Assembly (NCBI GenBank): GCA_963762145.1
Contig: CAVXJS010000009.1
Coordinates: 96,001-160,000 of the forward strand
Length of the DNA: 64,000 nucleotides
Direction: 5' to 3'
DNA from: an uncultured Candidatus Rokubacteria bacterium
Lineage (GTDB): Bacteria; Methylomirabilota; Methylomirabilia; Rokubacteriales; CSP1-6
A program made the position numbers and the translations under genes. The notes beneath the pieces were generated by a model. The model made no database searches and was not told the origin of the DNA. It was given only the letters and a program-made list of their open reading frames with translations. Numbering within the stretch: the stretch's first letter is position 1; each line of letters begins with the position of its first letter. This document shows positions 34,604-42,825 of this stretch, in pieces.

Positions 34604-36211
34604 TTACTTGTCCCGCCACACGTCGGCCATGCGGCCGAAGTTGTAGATGTTGTCGTGCGGGATCAGGTTCTTCACGTGCGGCCAGAACGTGAAGTAGTCG
34701 AGCCTCCAGTCGAGGATGGGCCGCGCCGCGTCCTCCTCGACCTTGCTTCTGGAGCCCCGCGAGCAGCAGCAGGCGCTTCTGCGCGTTGAGCTCCTGGGAC
34801 TGCTGGTCGACCATCTTCATCACTTCCTCGCTGCAGTACTGGCTGTAGTTCCGCGGCGAGCCGCAGGCGTAGTTCTCGTAGTAGTTGGCGTCCGGCTCGT
34901 CGACGCCGAGGCCGGTGAGGTTGGCCCCGATCTGGTAGTCGCCGCGGGTGGCCATCGCGTGCCACTGCGCGGTCTCCACCTGCTTGAGGCTGGCCTCGAT
35001 GCCGACCTGCTTCAGCTCGTTGATGACGAAGGAGGCCATGTCCACGTAGATCGCGATGGCCCGGGTCGCCATCTCCACGCTGAGCGGGTTCTGCGGGGTG
35101 ATGCCCGCCTCGCCGAGCAGCTTCCGGGCGCTGCGCCTTCATGTCCTCGGGCTTGCCGTACCCGGGGAGGCGCGGCGAGGTCCTTCTCGAGCAGCCCCCA
35201 GACGCCGTACGGCTTTGGCTGCATCGAGGCGCCCAGCACCGCGCCGCCCTGGTGCACGGCCTGGATGAGCGCGCGCCGGTCGATCGCGTAGCTGACGGCC
35301 TGCCGCACCTTGGGATTGTCGAACGGCGCCTTCTTCGTGTTCATGATGATGTTGTCGCTCACCGCCTGGGCGACCGGCGTGATCACGAGCTGCGGGACGG
35401 CCTTCTTGAGCTGCTCGGCCGCGGTCTTGGTGGTCTCGCCCGGGAACGAGACGTCGAGCTGCCCCGACTGCAGCGCGGCGACGCGGGTGCCGCGCTCCTT
35501 GATGATCACGTAGCGGAGGCTGTCGAGGTAGGGACGGCCCTTCATGAAGTAGTCCGGGTTCTTCACGTAGTCCACGAACTCGCCCTTCCGCCACTCCTTC
35601 ACCTTGAAGGGACCGGTGCCGATGCAGCCGGTGCGATACGTGGCGGGATTGACGTGGGCCGCGTAGATCGGCGTGTAGCCGGAGGCGAGCATGTTGAGCA
35701 GGCCCGGCTGCGGCCGCTTGAGCCGGAAGACCACGGTATGGGAATCCGCCGCCTCGACCGCCTCGAGGTTCGCGTACCAGTCCTTGCGGGGATTGATCCG
35801 GAGCTTCCCGGTGGCGTCTGGGGCCTCGCGCAGCATGTCGAAGGTGAACTTCACGTCCTTCGACGTGAACGGCTGGCCGTCGTGCCACTTGACGTTCTTG
35901 CGCAGGAAGAAGACCAGGTTGCGGTAGTTGTCCTGCCAGGACCATTTCTCGGCGAGCTCGCCCACGATGTTCTCGGGGGTCTCGGGCCGCTTCAACTGGT
36001 CGAAGACCACCAGGTTGTTGAAGCACGGCATCGACGGGAACGAGGTGGAGATCGTCGAGGACTCGTGAACCGCGAAGCCCGGCGACAGGTCCTCCCTGAG
36101 CATGATGTTCAGATGCCCGCCGGACTTCGGCGTTTGGGCAGTGGCGGCGCCCGCCCCGAGGACCAGCAGGGACAGAACCAGCACCAAGGGCATGCAGCGG
36201 GAACGCGTCAT
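34604..36211 (-). CDS. Family 5 ABC substrate-binding protein (frameshifted)
   Basis: Signal peptide, QTPKSGG, WHDGQPFTSKDVKFTF, IGTGPF and NPKVRQAVSYAIDR. Confidence 0.92.
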
Positions 36212-36376
36212 TGTGTCCCTCCATTCGCGAGAACGCCGGGGCGGTCGCGGGTGAAGCCGGAGTCGGAAAGTGCTGAAGAATATACGACAATGCGCCGACT
36301 CCGACAACTGCTACCGCCCCGGCGCCGCGGCGGGCCCGCGGGCCCAACGGCCCGGAGGGCGCGTGGAGGCCGGCGC

Positions 36377-36889
36377 CTAGACCGTGGCGTGCGGCTCCCG
36401 GATGCCCCGGCGCACGTCGCGGCGGGTGAGCAGCTCCTCGAGCGCGATCGTGCGGGCTCCGCCCCGGCGCCGCAGCTCGGGCCGCGTCAGGATCGGGCGC
36501 TGGCGGATCTGCGAGGCCAGCCCGTTCCGCACCGCTCGGTCGGCGTAGAGGCTCCGCAGCGCGCGGCACATCAGCGGCCGGCCCCGGTTGTACCCGAAGC
36601 GGTGCTTGTACTCGTCGGCCGTCAATCCGTGGCTTCGCAGGTGCGTATTCGTGAGCTGGCGAAAGACGCCGCCGCAGACGAGGCAATGGATCGCGTCCTC
36701 CTGCACGGCCTGCCGCGGATCGGCCCGCAGCCCGGACAGCGTGCGACGACTTCCGGCCGGGCTCGCGAAAAGACCCGCGCGACCGACGGCCGAGGCGGCA
36801 CGGACCCGGTCGCGTTGGATCGCCGGAGCACCGTTCCGGGGCGTGAGGAGCCCGAGCGAAGCGTTGAGCGGCGTGCCGACCTCGGACAT
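36377..36889 (-). CDS. Ros/MucR-family zinc-finger regulator
   Basis: QEDAIHCLVCGGVFRQLTNTHLRSHGLTADEYKHRFG...PL; AAGGAGG before the ATG at 36889. Confidence 0.85.
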   Translation of the reverse strand: MSEVGTPLNASLGLLTPRNGAPAIQRDRVRAASAVGRAGLFASPAGSRRTLSGLRADPRQAVQEDAIHCLVCGGVFRQLTNTHLRSHGLTADEYKHRFGYNRGRPLMCRALRSLYADRAVRNGLASQIRQRPILTRPELRRRGGARTIALEELLTRRDVRRGIREPHATV

Positions 36890-36947
36890 GTCAGCCTCCT
36901 TGAGAGATGAGCAGCAGATGAGGGAAAGAAAACATGCCCCTACACAT

Positions 36948-36963
36948 CGCAAACCAAATGCCA
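36948..36963 (-). promoter_or_regulatory. Sigma54 (-24/-12) promoter upstream of the MucR-like gene
   Basis: Minus strand TGGCATTTGGTTTGCG = GG-N10-GC, close to the TGGCAC-N5-TTGC consensus. Confidence 0.8.
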
Positions 36964-36979
36964 CGGAAAAAGGCAGTGA

Positions 36980-36992
36980 GATCAATAGCTTG
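36980..36992 (+). promoter_or_regulatory. Putative IHF-binding site
   Basis: GATCAATAGCTTG versus consensus WATCAANNNNTTR (mismatch only at W); lies between the sigma54 promoter and the dyad. Confidence 0.6.
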
Positions 36993-37022
36993 TCAAATTA
37001 GGTATTAACGGTCGGTGTTCGA

Positions 37023-37056
37023 CTGGTAAGAATCTGACCAGCAACTTGACCAGTAA
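37023..37056. promoter_or_regulatory. Putative enhancer (UAS): dyad plus direct repeat
   Basis: CTGGTAAGA-A-TCTGACCAG is an 8/9 inverted repeat; TGACCAGCAA and TGACCAGTAA are direct repeats 12 bp apart. Confidence 0.55.
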
Positions 37057-37084
37057 GGGCTTCTGCGTTAATCCTTACCGCGCG

Positions 37085-40000
37085 ATGGATCCTTGGAGCG
37101 ATCTCCTGGGACGGAGCGCCGCAATGGAGACCGTGCGGGAGACGGTCCGGCGGCTTCCGGGACGCCAGCACGCGGGCCGCCGGCTCCCGGCGATCCTCCT
37201 GCAAGGCGAGACCGGGACCGGCAAGGGTCTCGTCGCCCGGCTCATCCACCGCCTCGGTCCGCGCGCCACCGGGGAGTTCGTGGACATCAACTGCGCGGCG
37301 ATCCCGGAGACGCTGCTCGAGGCGGAGCTGTTCGGCTTCGAGCGCGGGGCATTCACCGACGCCCGCAAGGCCAAGCCCGGCCTCTTCCAGACCGCGCATC
37401 ACGGCACCATCTTCCTGGACGAGATCGGATCGACGCCCGAGGCGCTGCAGGCGAAGCTCCTGACCGTCATCGAGGAGCGTGTGGTGCGGCGGCTCGGCGG
37501 CACGCGGCCCGAGCCCGCGGACGCCTGGATCATCAGCGCCACGAACACGGATCTCCTCGCGGGCGTCCGCGAGCGCCGCTTCCGGGAGGACCTGTATCAT
37601 CGGCTCGCGGTGCTGACCCTGCGCCTGCCTCCGCTCCGGGAGCGCGGCCAGGACGTCCTGCTCCTCGCCGAGCGGTTCCTCGCGCGCGTCTGCGCCGACT
37701 ACGGCCTGCCGGTGAAGATCCTGGCCGCCGACGCGCGCGAGCGCCTGATCGCCTATCCGTGGCCCGGCAACGTGCGCGAGCTGTCGAACGTGATCGAGCG
37801 GGTCGCGCTCCTCACCGAGGAGCCCGTCATCACGGGCGAGCACCTGGGCCTGAGCGACGGAAGCCCGGCCCCCGGGCCCGCGCCGGCCGACGCGGGCGAC
37901 GCCCCGCCCCTGATCTCGTTCGGCGACGCCATACGCGCACACCTGCGCGCCACGCTCGATCAGACCGGCTGGAACATCTCCCGCACCGCCGCCATCCTCA
38001 ACATCTCCCGCAACACCGTGCGCGCGCGCATGGAGAAGCTGGGACTACGCGAAGGTCCTCCCGTCCCGGCGAAGCGTCACGCGCGCGCGCCGGGTGTCGC
38101 CCGCCCGGCCCCGAGGCCCCCCTCGCTCGCGTCCGTACCCGGACCCGCGGCGCGCACCGCGCCGCCCACCGTCCGCTGGGAGCGCCGGCCCATCGCCCTG
38201 ATGCGCGTGGCGCTCATGGTGCCGGAGGCCGGCGATGTCCTCTCGGACGCCTCGCGCGCGCTCGAGACGCTCATCGAGAAGGTCGAGAGCTTCGGAGGGC
38301 GGGTCGAGGCGCTCGGGCAGCGCGCCCTGGACGCCGCGTTCGGCGTGGAGCCCGTCGAGGACGCGCCGCGGCGCGCCGCCCACGCCGCGATGGCGATGCA
38401 GCGGGCCGTCGAGCGGATCCGCGGGGATTCCCTCGCCCCGCTCGCGACCCGGATCGCCATCCACGCGGCCCAGGCCCTGGTGGCCCAGGCGGGACGCATG
38501 ATCCAGATCGACCGGGAAGCGAAGGAGCAGAGCGCGTTCGTGCTGGACGACCTGATCGCGGCCGCCGAGCCCGGCGGGATCCTGGCCAGTCCCGCCGCCG
38601 GCGTGCTGCTCGAGCGGCGCTTCGATCTCGTCCCCCTCGATGGGACGGAGGAATCCCCGACCGCGTTCCGCCTCGTCGGGCGCGAAGGACCGGGGCTCAG
38701 CGCGGCCGGGCGCATGGCGAGCTTCGTGGGCCGCCATCAGGAGATGGCGGTGCTGCACAGCCGGCTGCTCTCGGCCCTCCGGGGCCGGGGCCAGCTCGTC
38801 AGCATCGTCGGGGACGCCGGGATCGGGAAGTCCCGCCTGCTCTACGAGTTCAGCCAGAGCGTGAGCGCGGAGCAGGCCGCCTACATCGAGGGGCGCTGCC
38901 TGTCGTACGGGAGCACGATCCCGTACCTCCCGGTGCTCGACCTGATTCGCGGCGTCTGCCGCGTCACCGAGACCGAGGGCGCGGCGGACGCGGGCGAGAA
39001 GATCAGGCAGGCGCTCGGGCGGGCGGGCATGGATCCGTCCAAGCTCACCCCCCACCTGCTCGATCTCCTGGGATACAAGGACGTCACCGAAGGGCTCGAT
39101 CTCGCGCCGCCCGACGCGATCAAGGTCGGTATCTCGGAGGCCCTCCGCCAGATCACGCTGGGCGCCAGCCACCGCCAGCCGTTGCTCGTCGTGATCGAGG
39201 ATCTCCACTGGATCGACCAGGCGTCGGAGGAGCTGCTCGCGTCCATGGTGGACGGCCTGCCCGGCGCGGCGGTGCTCCTGGTCGTGACCTACCGGCCGGG
39301 ATACGAGCCGCCGTGGACGAATCGATCCTTCGCCACCCAGCTCTCGCTGCCGCCGCTGTCGAACGAGGACAGCCTGACCGTCACGCGCTCGGTGCTTCCC
39401 GCGGTGGCGCTGCCCGACGCGGTCGCGGAGGTGATCCTGAGCCGCGCCGAGGGCAATCCGTTCTTCCTCGAGGAGCTCGCCCTGTCGCTCCAGGATCGCG
39501 GCGGCCTGGCCGCCGACCTGGCGGTTCCCGACACGGTGCAGGGCGTCCTGCTGAGCCGGATCGGCCGCCTCGCCGAGACCGAGCAGGCGCTCCTCCAGTC
39601 CGCCGCGGTGATCGGCAAGGACGTCCCGCTTCCGGTCCTGGCCGCGGTGACCGAGCTCGCCGAGGACCCGCTCGTGCAGGCGCTTCGCCAGCTGAGCGCG
39701 GCGGAGTTCCTCTACGAGGTCAGCAGCTTCCCGGAGGTCAAGTACCGGTTCCGGCACGCCCTCACCCACGAGGTCGCCTACGAGAGCCTCCGACCGGAGC
39801 GCCGCCGGTTGCTCCACGCCCGCATCGTCCTCGCCATCGAGGCGAGCCGCTCCGACCGTCTGCTCGAGGACGTCGGCCGCCTCGCGCATCACGCGACGCG
39901 AGGAGAGCTCTGGGAGAAGGCGGTGGAGTACGCGCGGCAGGCCGGCGCCAAGGCCGCCACGCGCTCCGCCCACCTGCAGGCGGTCGCGTACTTCGAGCAG

Positions 40001-41197
40001 GCGCTGGAGGCTCTCACGCGTCTGCCCGAGGATCGGGCGCGGCTCGAGCAGGCCATCGATCTACGCCTCGAGCTGCGCAACTCCCTGCACCCGCTCGGGG
40101 ACCCGGAGCGGATCCTCGCCCGGCTCCGGGAGGCCGAAGGGCTCGCCCGGACCCTCGACGATCCGCGGCGGCTCGCGCGGATCTTCTCGTTCATGACCCA
40201 GTACTACCGGCTGATGGGACACCTCGATCTCGCGGTGGAGTCGGCCGAGCGCGCCCTCGCGCTCGCCGACCGGCAGCGGGACGGCGCGCTCTGGGTCGTC
40301 GCGAGCACGTATCTGGGCTCGGCCTACGATGCCCAGGGCGAGTACCGCAAGGCGGCCGACGTGCTCCGCAAGAGCGTGGAGGCCCTGCCCGGCATCTCGA
40401 TCGGCCAGGACGCGCGCGTTGCCGGCCTCGTGCCGGTCTTCGCGCGGATCTACCTGGCGTACTGCCTGGCCGACATGGGCGAGTTCCGCGAGGGCCTGGC
40501 GTACGGGGACGAGGGCACGCGGCTCGCCGAGGCCGCGGATGACGCGTACAGCCTGATCTTCGCCTCCTGCGGCGTGGGCACGCTCCACCTCCTGCGGGGC
40601 GACGTGGAGCCGGCAATCGCCACCCTGGAGCGCGGGCTCGCGCTCTGCCGGACGCTGACGGTGCCGGTGGCGCTCCCGCTGATCGCGTGCGCGCTCGGGG
40701 CCGCGTACTCGCTCGCCGGCCGGTCGGGCGACGCGATCGCCCTGCTGGAGGAAGGGGCGCGGGAAGGCCTCGCGATCGGGAGGATGGGTGGGCACTCCCT
40801 CCTGATCTTCCGCCTGGGCGAGGCCTATCTCCGCGCCGGGCGCCTCGACGACGCCGACGACGCGGCCCGCCGGGCCCTGCTGATGGCCCGCGAGAAGCGG
40901 GAGCGCGGGCACGAAGCCTACGCCCTGCACCTCCTGGGCGAGGTGGCGGCCCGGCGGACGCCCAAGGATGCGGGCGCCGCCGAGGCCGCGCTCCGGCAGG
41001 CCTCGGCCCTCGCCGAGGAGCTCTCGATGCGGCCGCTCCTGGCGCACTGCCACGTGAGCCGCGCCCGGCTCGAGGGGCGGGCGGGGCGCGCCGCGACCGC
41101 TGGGCAGCTTCGCGACGCGGCCACCGCGGCCTTCCGTGAGCTGGACATGCCCTACTGGCTCGGGCGGGTGGAGGCCGAGGTCCGGCCGCTAGCCTGA
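37085..41197 (+). CDS. Fusion of sigma54 activator (AAA+ and Fis-HTH), degenerate class III cyclase, STAND ATPase and TPR domains
   Basis: GETGTGK, GAFTDA, FLDEIG, FREDLYHRL, WPGNVREL, HTH WNISRTAAILNISRNTV; second P-loop GDAGIGKS and IEDLHWID; GNPFFLEE; helical repeats at the C-terminus. Confidence 0.93.
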   Translation: MDPWSDLLGRSAAMETVRETVRRLPGRQHAGRRLPAILLQGETGTGKGLVARLIHRLGPRATGEFVDINCAAIPETLLEAELFGFERGAFTDARKAKPGLFQTAHHGTIFLDEIGSTPEALQAKLLTVIEERVVRRLGGTRPEPADAWIISATNTDLLAGVRERRFREDLYHRLAVLTLRLPPLRERGQDVLLLAERFLARVCADYGLPVKILAADARERLIAYPWPGNVRELSNVIERVALLTEEPVITGEHLGLSDGSPAPGPAPADAGDAPPLISFGDAIRAHLRATLDQTGWNISRTAAILNISRNTVRARMEKLGLREGPPVPAKRHARAPGVARPAPRPPSLASVPGPAARTAPPTVRWERRPIALMRVALMVPEAGDVLSDASRALETLIEKVESFGGRVEALGQRALDAAFGVEPVEDAPRRAAHAAMAMQRAVERIRGDSLAPLATRIAIHAAQALVAQAGRMIQIDREAKEQSAFVLDDLIAAAEPGGILASPAAGVLLERRFDLVPLDGTEESPTAFRLVGREGPGLSAAGRMASFVGRHQEMAVLHSRLLSALRGRGQLVSIVGDAGIGKSRLLYEFSQSVSAEQAAYIEGRCLSYGSTIPYLPVLDLIRGVCRVTETEGAADAGEKIRQALGRAGMDPSKLTPHLLDLLGYKDVTEGLDLAPPDAIKVGISEALRQITLGASHRQPLLVVIEDLHWIDQASEELLASMVDGLPGAAVLLVVTYRPGYEPPWTNRSFATQLSLPPLSNEDSLTVTRSVLPAVALPDAVAEVILSRAEGNPFFLEELALSLQDRGGLAADLAVPDTVQGVLLSRIGRLAETEQALLQSAAVIGKDVPLPVLAAVTELAEDPLVQALRQLSAAEFLYEVSSFPEVKYRFRHALTHEVAYESLRPERRRLLHARIVLAIEASRSDRLLEDVGRLAHHATRGELWEKAVEYARQAGAKAATRSAHLQAVAYFEQALEALTRLPEDRARLEQAIDLRLELRNSLHPLGDPERILARLREAEGLARTLDDPRRLARIFSFMTQYYRLMGHLDLAVESAERALALADRQRDGALWVVASTYLGSAYDAQGEYRKAADVLRKSVEALPGISIGQDARVAGLVPVFARIYLAYCLADMGEFREGLAYGDEGTRLAEAADDAYSLIFASCGVGTLHLLRGDVEPAIATLERGLALCRTLTVPVALPLIACALGAAYSLAGRSGDAIALLEEGAREGLAIGRMGGHSLLIFRLGEAYLRAGRLDDADDAARRALLMAREKRERGHEAYALHLLGEVAARRTPKDAGAAEAALRQASALAEELSMRPLLAHCHVSRARLEGRAGRAATAGQLRDAATAAFRELDMPYWLGRVEAEVRPLA

Positions 41198-41413
41198 CGT
41201 CCCCTTCCCGCGCGTCTCTACCCGCACCTCCACGAGGTCCAGGCCGCACGCCCGGGCCAGCCGCCTGATCTCCAGGCCGACCGCCTCGAGCGTGTGAGAG
41301 CCGATCAGGCCGTCCAGCTCGATGCTACCGACGACGACGGCGGCGGCCGGCCTTGCCGGCCTTGGCGGCCCGCTTCTTGGCCGCGGCGGCGTGCGCCTTC
41401 CACTTCTTCTCAA
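41189..41413 (-). CDS. Small hypothetical protein (start uncertain, overlaps the upstream ORF)
   Basis: The C-terminal half (GSIELDGLIGSHTLEAVGLEIRRLARACGLDLVEVRVE) has coding-like GC-rich third positions. Confidence 0.45.
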   Translation of the reverse strand: MRRSGRRTPPRPRSGPPRPARPAAAVVVGSIELDGLIGSHTLEAVGLEIRRLARACGLDLVEVRVETRGKGTSG

Positions 41414-41534
41414 TGGCCTTCACTCCCTTCTTGAACTGGGCGAGGAGCGCCCGCGTCTGGGGGCTCTTGGGCGTCCCCGCGATCCGGATCGTGGTACGGC
41501 CCTTCCGCGTGGTCTGGCTCACTTGAAGCATCAT
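41325..41534 (-). CDS. Small, extremely basic Lys/Arg/Ala-rich protein (69 aa)
   Basis: GGAGGAG precedes the ATG. Sequence MMLQVSQTTRKG...[21 protein letters not shown], with AAG/GCC codon bias. Confidence 0.7.
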   Translation of the reverse strand: MMLQVSQTTRKGRTTIRIAGTPKSPQTRALLAQFKKGVKAIEKKWKAHAAAAKKRAAKAGKAGRRRRRR

Positions 41535-41611
41535 TGGCGTTGTCTCCTCCGGGCGCCGGTTGGCGTTGTCTCCTCCGGGCGCCGGTTGGCGTTGTCTCCT
41601 CCGGGTGCCGG
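41534..41611. repeat. 3 x 26-bp tandem repeat containing a Shine-Dalgarno sequence
   Basis: TTGGCGTTGTCTCCTCCGGGCGCCGG at 41534, 41560 and 41586, with one C>T change in the third copy. Confidence 0.95.
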
Positions 41612-41631
41612 TTGCCATGTTGCGCTCGCCT

Positions 41632-42705
41632 CTAGCCGCGAGCGTCCTCCACTCCCTCGAAGAACTCATCGGCGTGAAACACGCGCGGGACCGAGTCGAT
41701 GTCCCGCAGCATGTAGTGGTGCGCGGTCCCCTCGTACTCCTCGTGGAGACTCACGCGCTCGCCCCGGGCGAGGTCGAGGTACACCGCGGTCATGTTGTGC
41801 TTGCCGGTCAGGTCCAGGAGGTTGGTGCTGGACGTGAAGCGGCCCGCGTTGATCTCGGTGACACGCGGAACCTGGCGCGCGTCCTCCTTGAGGTCCACCG
41901 CGAACACGCCCGAGGCCTTGCGATCGACCGCGCGGATGGCCCGGACCGCGACCTCGAGCACCCGCGGCTCGTGGACGGTCTTGGTGAGCGCGCCCACCGC
42001 CGACACCTCGCTGGGCTGACTGGCGCTGCCGAGGTACGACAGGCGCTCGTACGTCTTCGCGAGGGCCAGGCGGCCGTCCTTCCACACGCTCTGGCAGCCG
42101 AAATCACGGCCCGGCAAGTACTCGGACAGGGTGAACGCGGAGACCGGGATCCCCCGCATCGTGCGCCAATATCCGATCCAGCTTCGAGCCTGGTCCGGCC
42201 CCGCGACCGGCGCCGCGCCCCGCGAGCCCGCACCCGTGCGGATGCGACACCACGCGCGGGCCGGATTTCCCAGCCGCTCGAAGATGCGCTCGAGCCGCCG
42301 CAGGTCGGTCACCCGATGGGTCGCGGGCGCGGGCACGCCGCGCGCCCGCAGCCACTCGATGAGGACGTACTTGTCGCCGCAGCGCTCCACCGTGGCGGCC
42401 CGGGGAAGGAAGAGCCGCCCGTCGAGCGCGCTCCGCGCGCGCGAGAGCGCGGCGACGTCTCCGTCGCCGGCGGGGATGACGAGGTCGATCCGCTCCGCTT
42501 CCACGATCCGGCGCAGCGAGCGACGCCACCCCGGATGCGCGATCGGAGGGACGAGATAGTTGCGATCCGCGGTGGAGTTCTTGAGGATGAACTGGTCGTC
42601 GTGGCAGCCGACGATGGTGAGCCCCGCGGTCCCCGCCCGGAGACTCCGCATGAGGTTGACACTCGCTCCGCTGCCCGCGCTCGTAACGAGCAACCGCGCG
42701 TCCAT
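41632..42705 (-). CDS. ATP-grasp enzyme (PylC/CarB-like)
   Basis: LLVTSAGSG, IDLVIP, DKY, GAGSRG, EYLPG and VDLKED...TEINAGRF. Confidence 0.85.
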   Translation of the reverse strand: MDARLLVTSAGSGASVNLMRSLRAGTAGLTIVGCHDDQFILKNSTADRNYLVPPIAHPGWRRSLRRIVEAERIDLVIPAGDGDVAALSRARSALDGRLFLPRAATVERCGDKYVLIEWLRARGVPAPATHRVTDLRRLERIFERLGNPARAWCRIRTGAGSRGAAPVAGPDQARSWIGYWRTMRGIPVSAFTLSEYLPGRDFGCQSVWKDGRLALAKTYERLSYLGSASQPSEVSAVGALTKTVHEPRVLEVAVRAIRAVDRKASGVFAVDLKEDARQVPRVTEINAGRFTSSTNLLDLTGKHNMTAVYLDLARGERVSLHEEYEGTAHHYMLRDIDSVPRVFHADEFFEGVEDARG

Positions 42706-42825
42706 CGGCGCGGAGCCTAGACGATATCCAGCGCGACCGCAAGCGTCCCGCGCGCCCGACGATGGCGCTGTGCTTACTGGGTCCGGGCCCAAGCGCGAAT
42801 CACTTCACGCGCTTCCCGTCATGCG

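Noticed and set aside
41534-41611. 26-bp repeats as a mini-CRISPR array
   Set aside because: The copies are directly contiguous with no spacers, and there are no cas genes in the window.
41325-42705. Classical graspetide (microviridin-type) cluster
   Set aside because: The peptide lacks acidic acceptor residues and known leader or core motifs, and the ligase looks PylC/CarB-like rather than MvdC/D-like.
42706-42825. Sigma54 promoter upstream of the ATP-grasp gene
   Set aside because: The TTGC present lacks GG at the required N10 spacing. A CCAGTAAG match to the enhancer half-site is too short to rely on.
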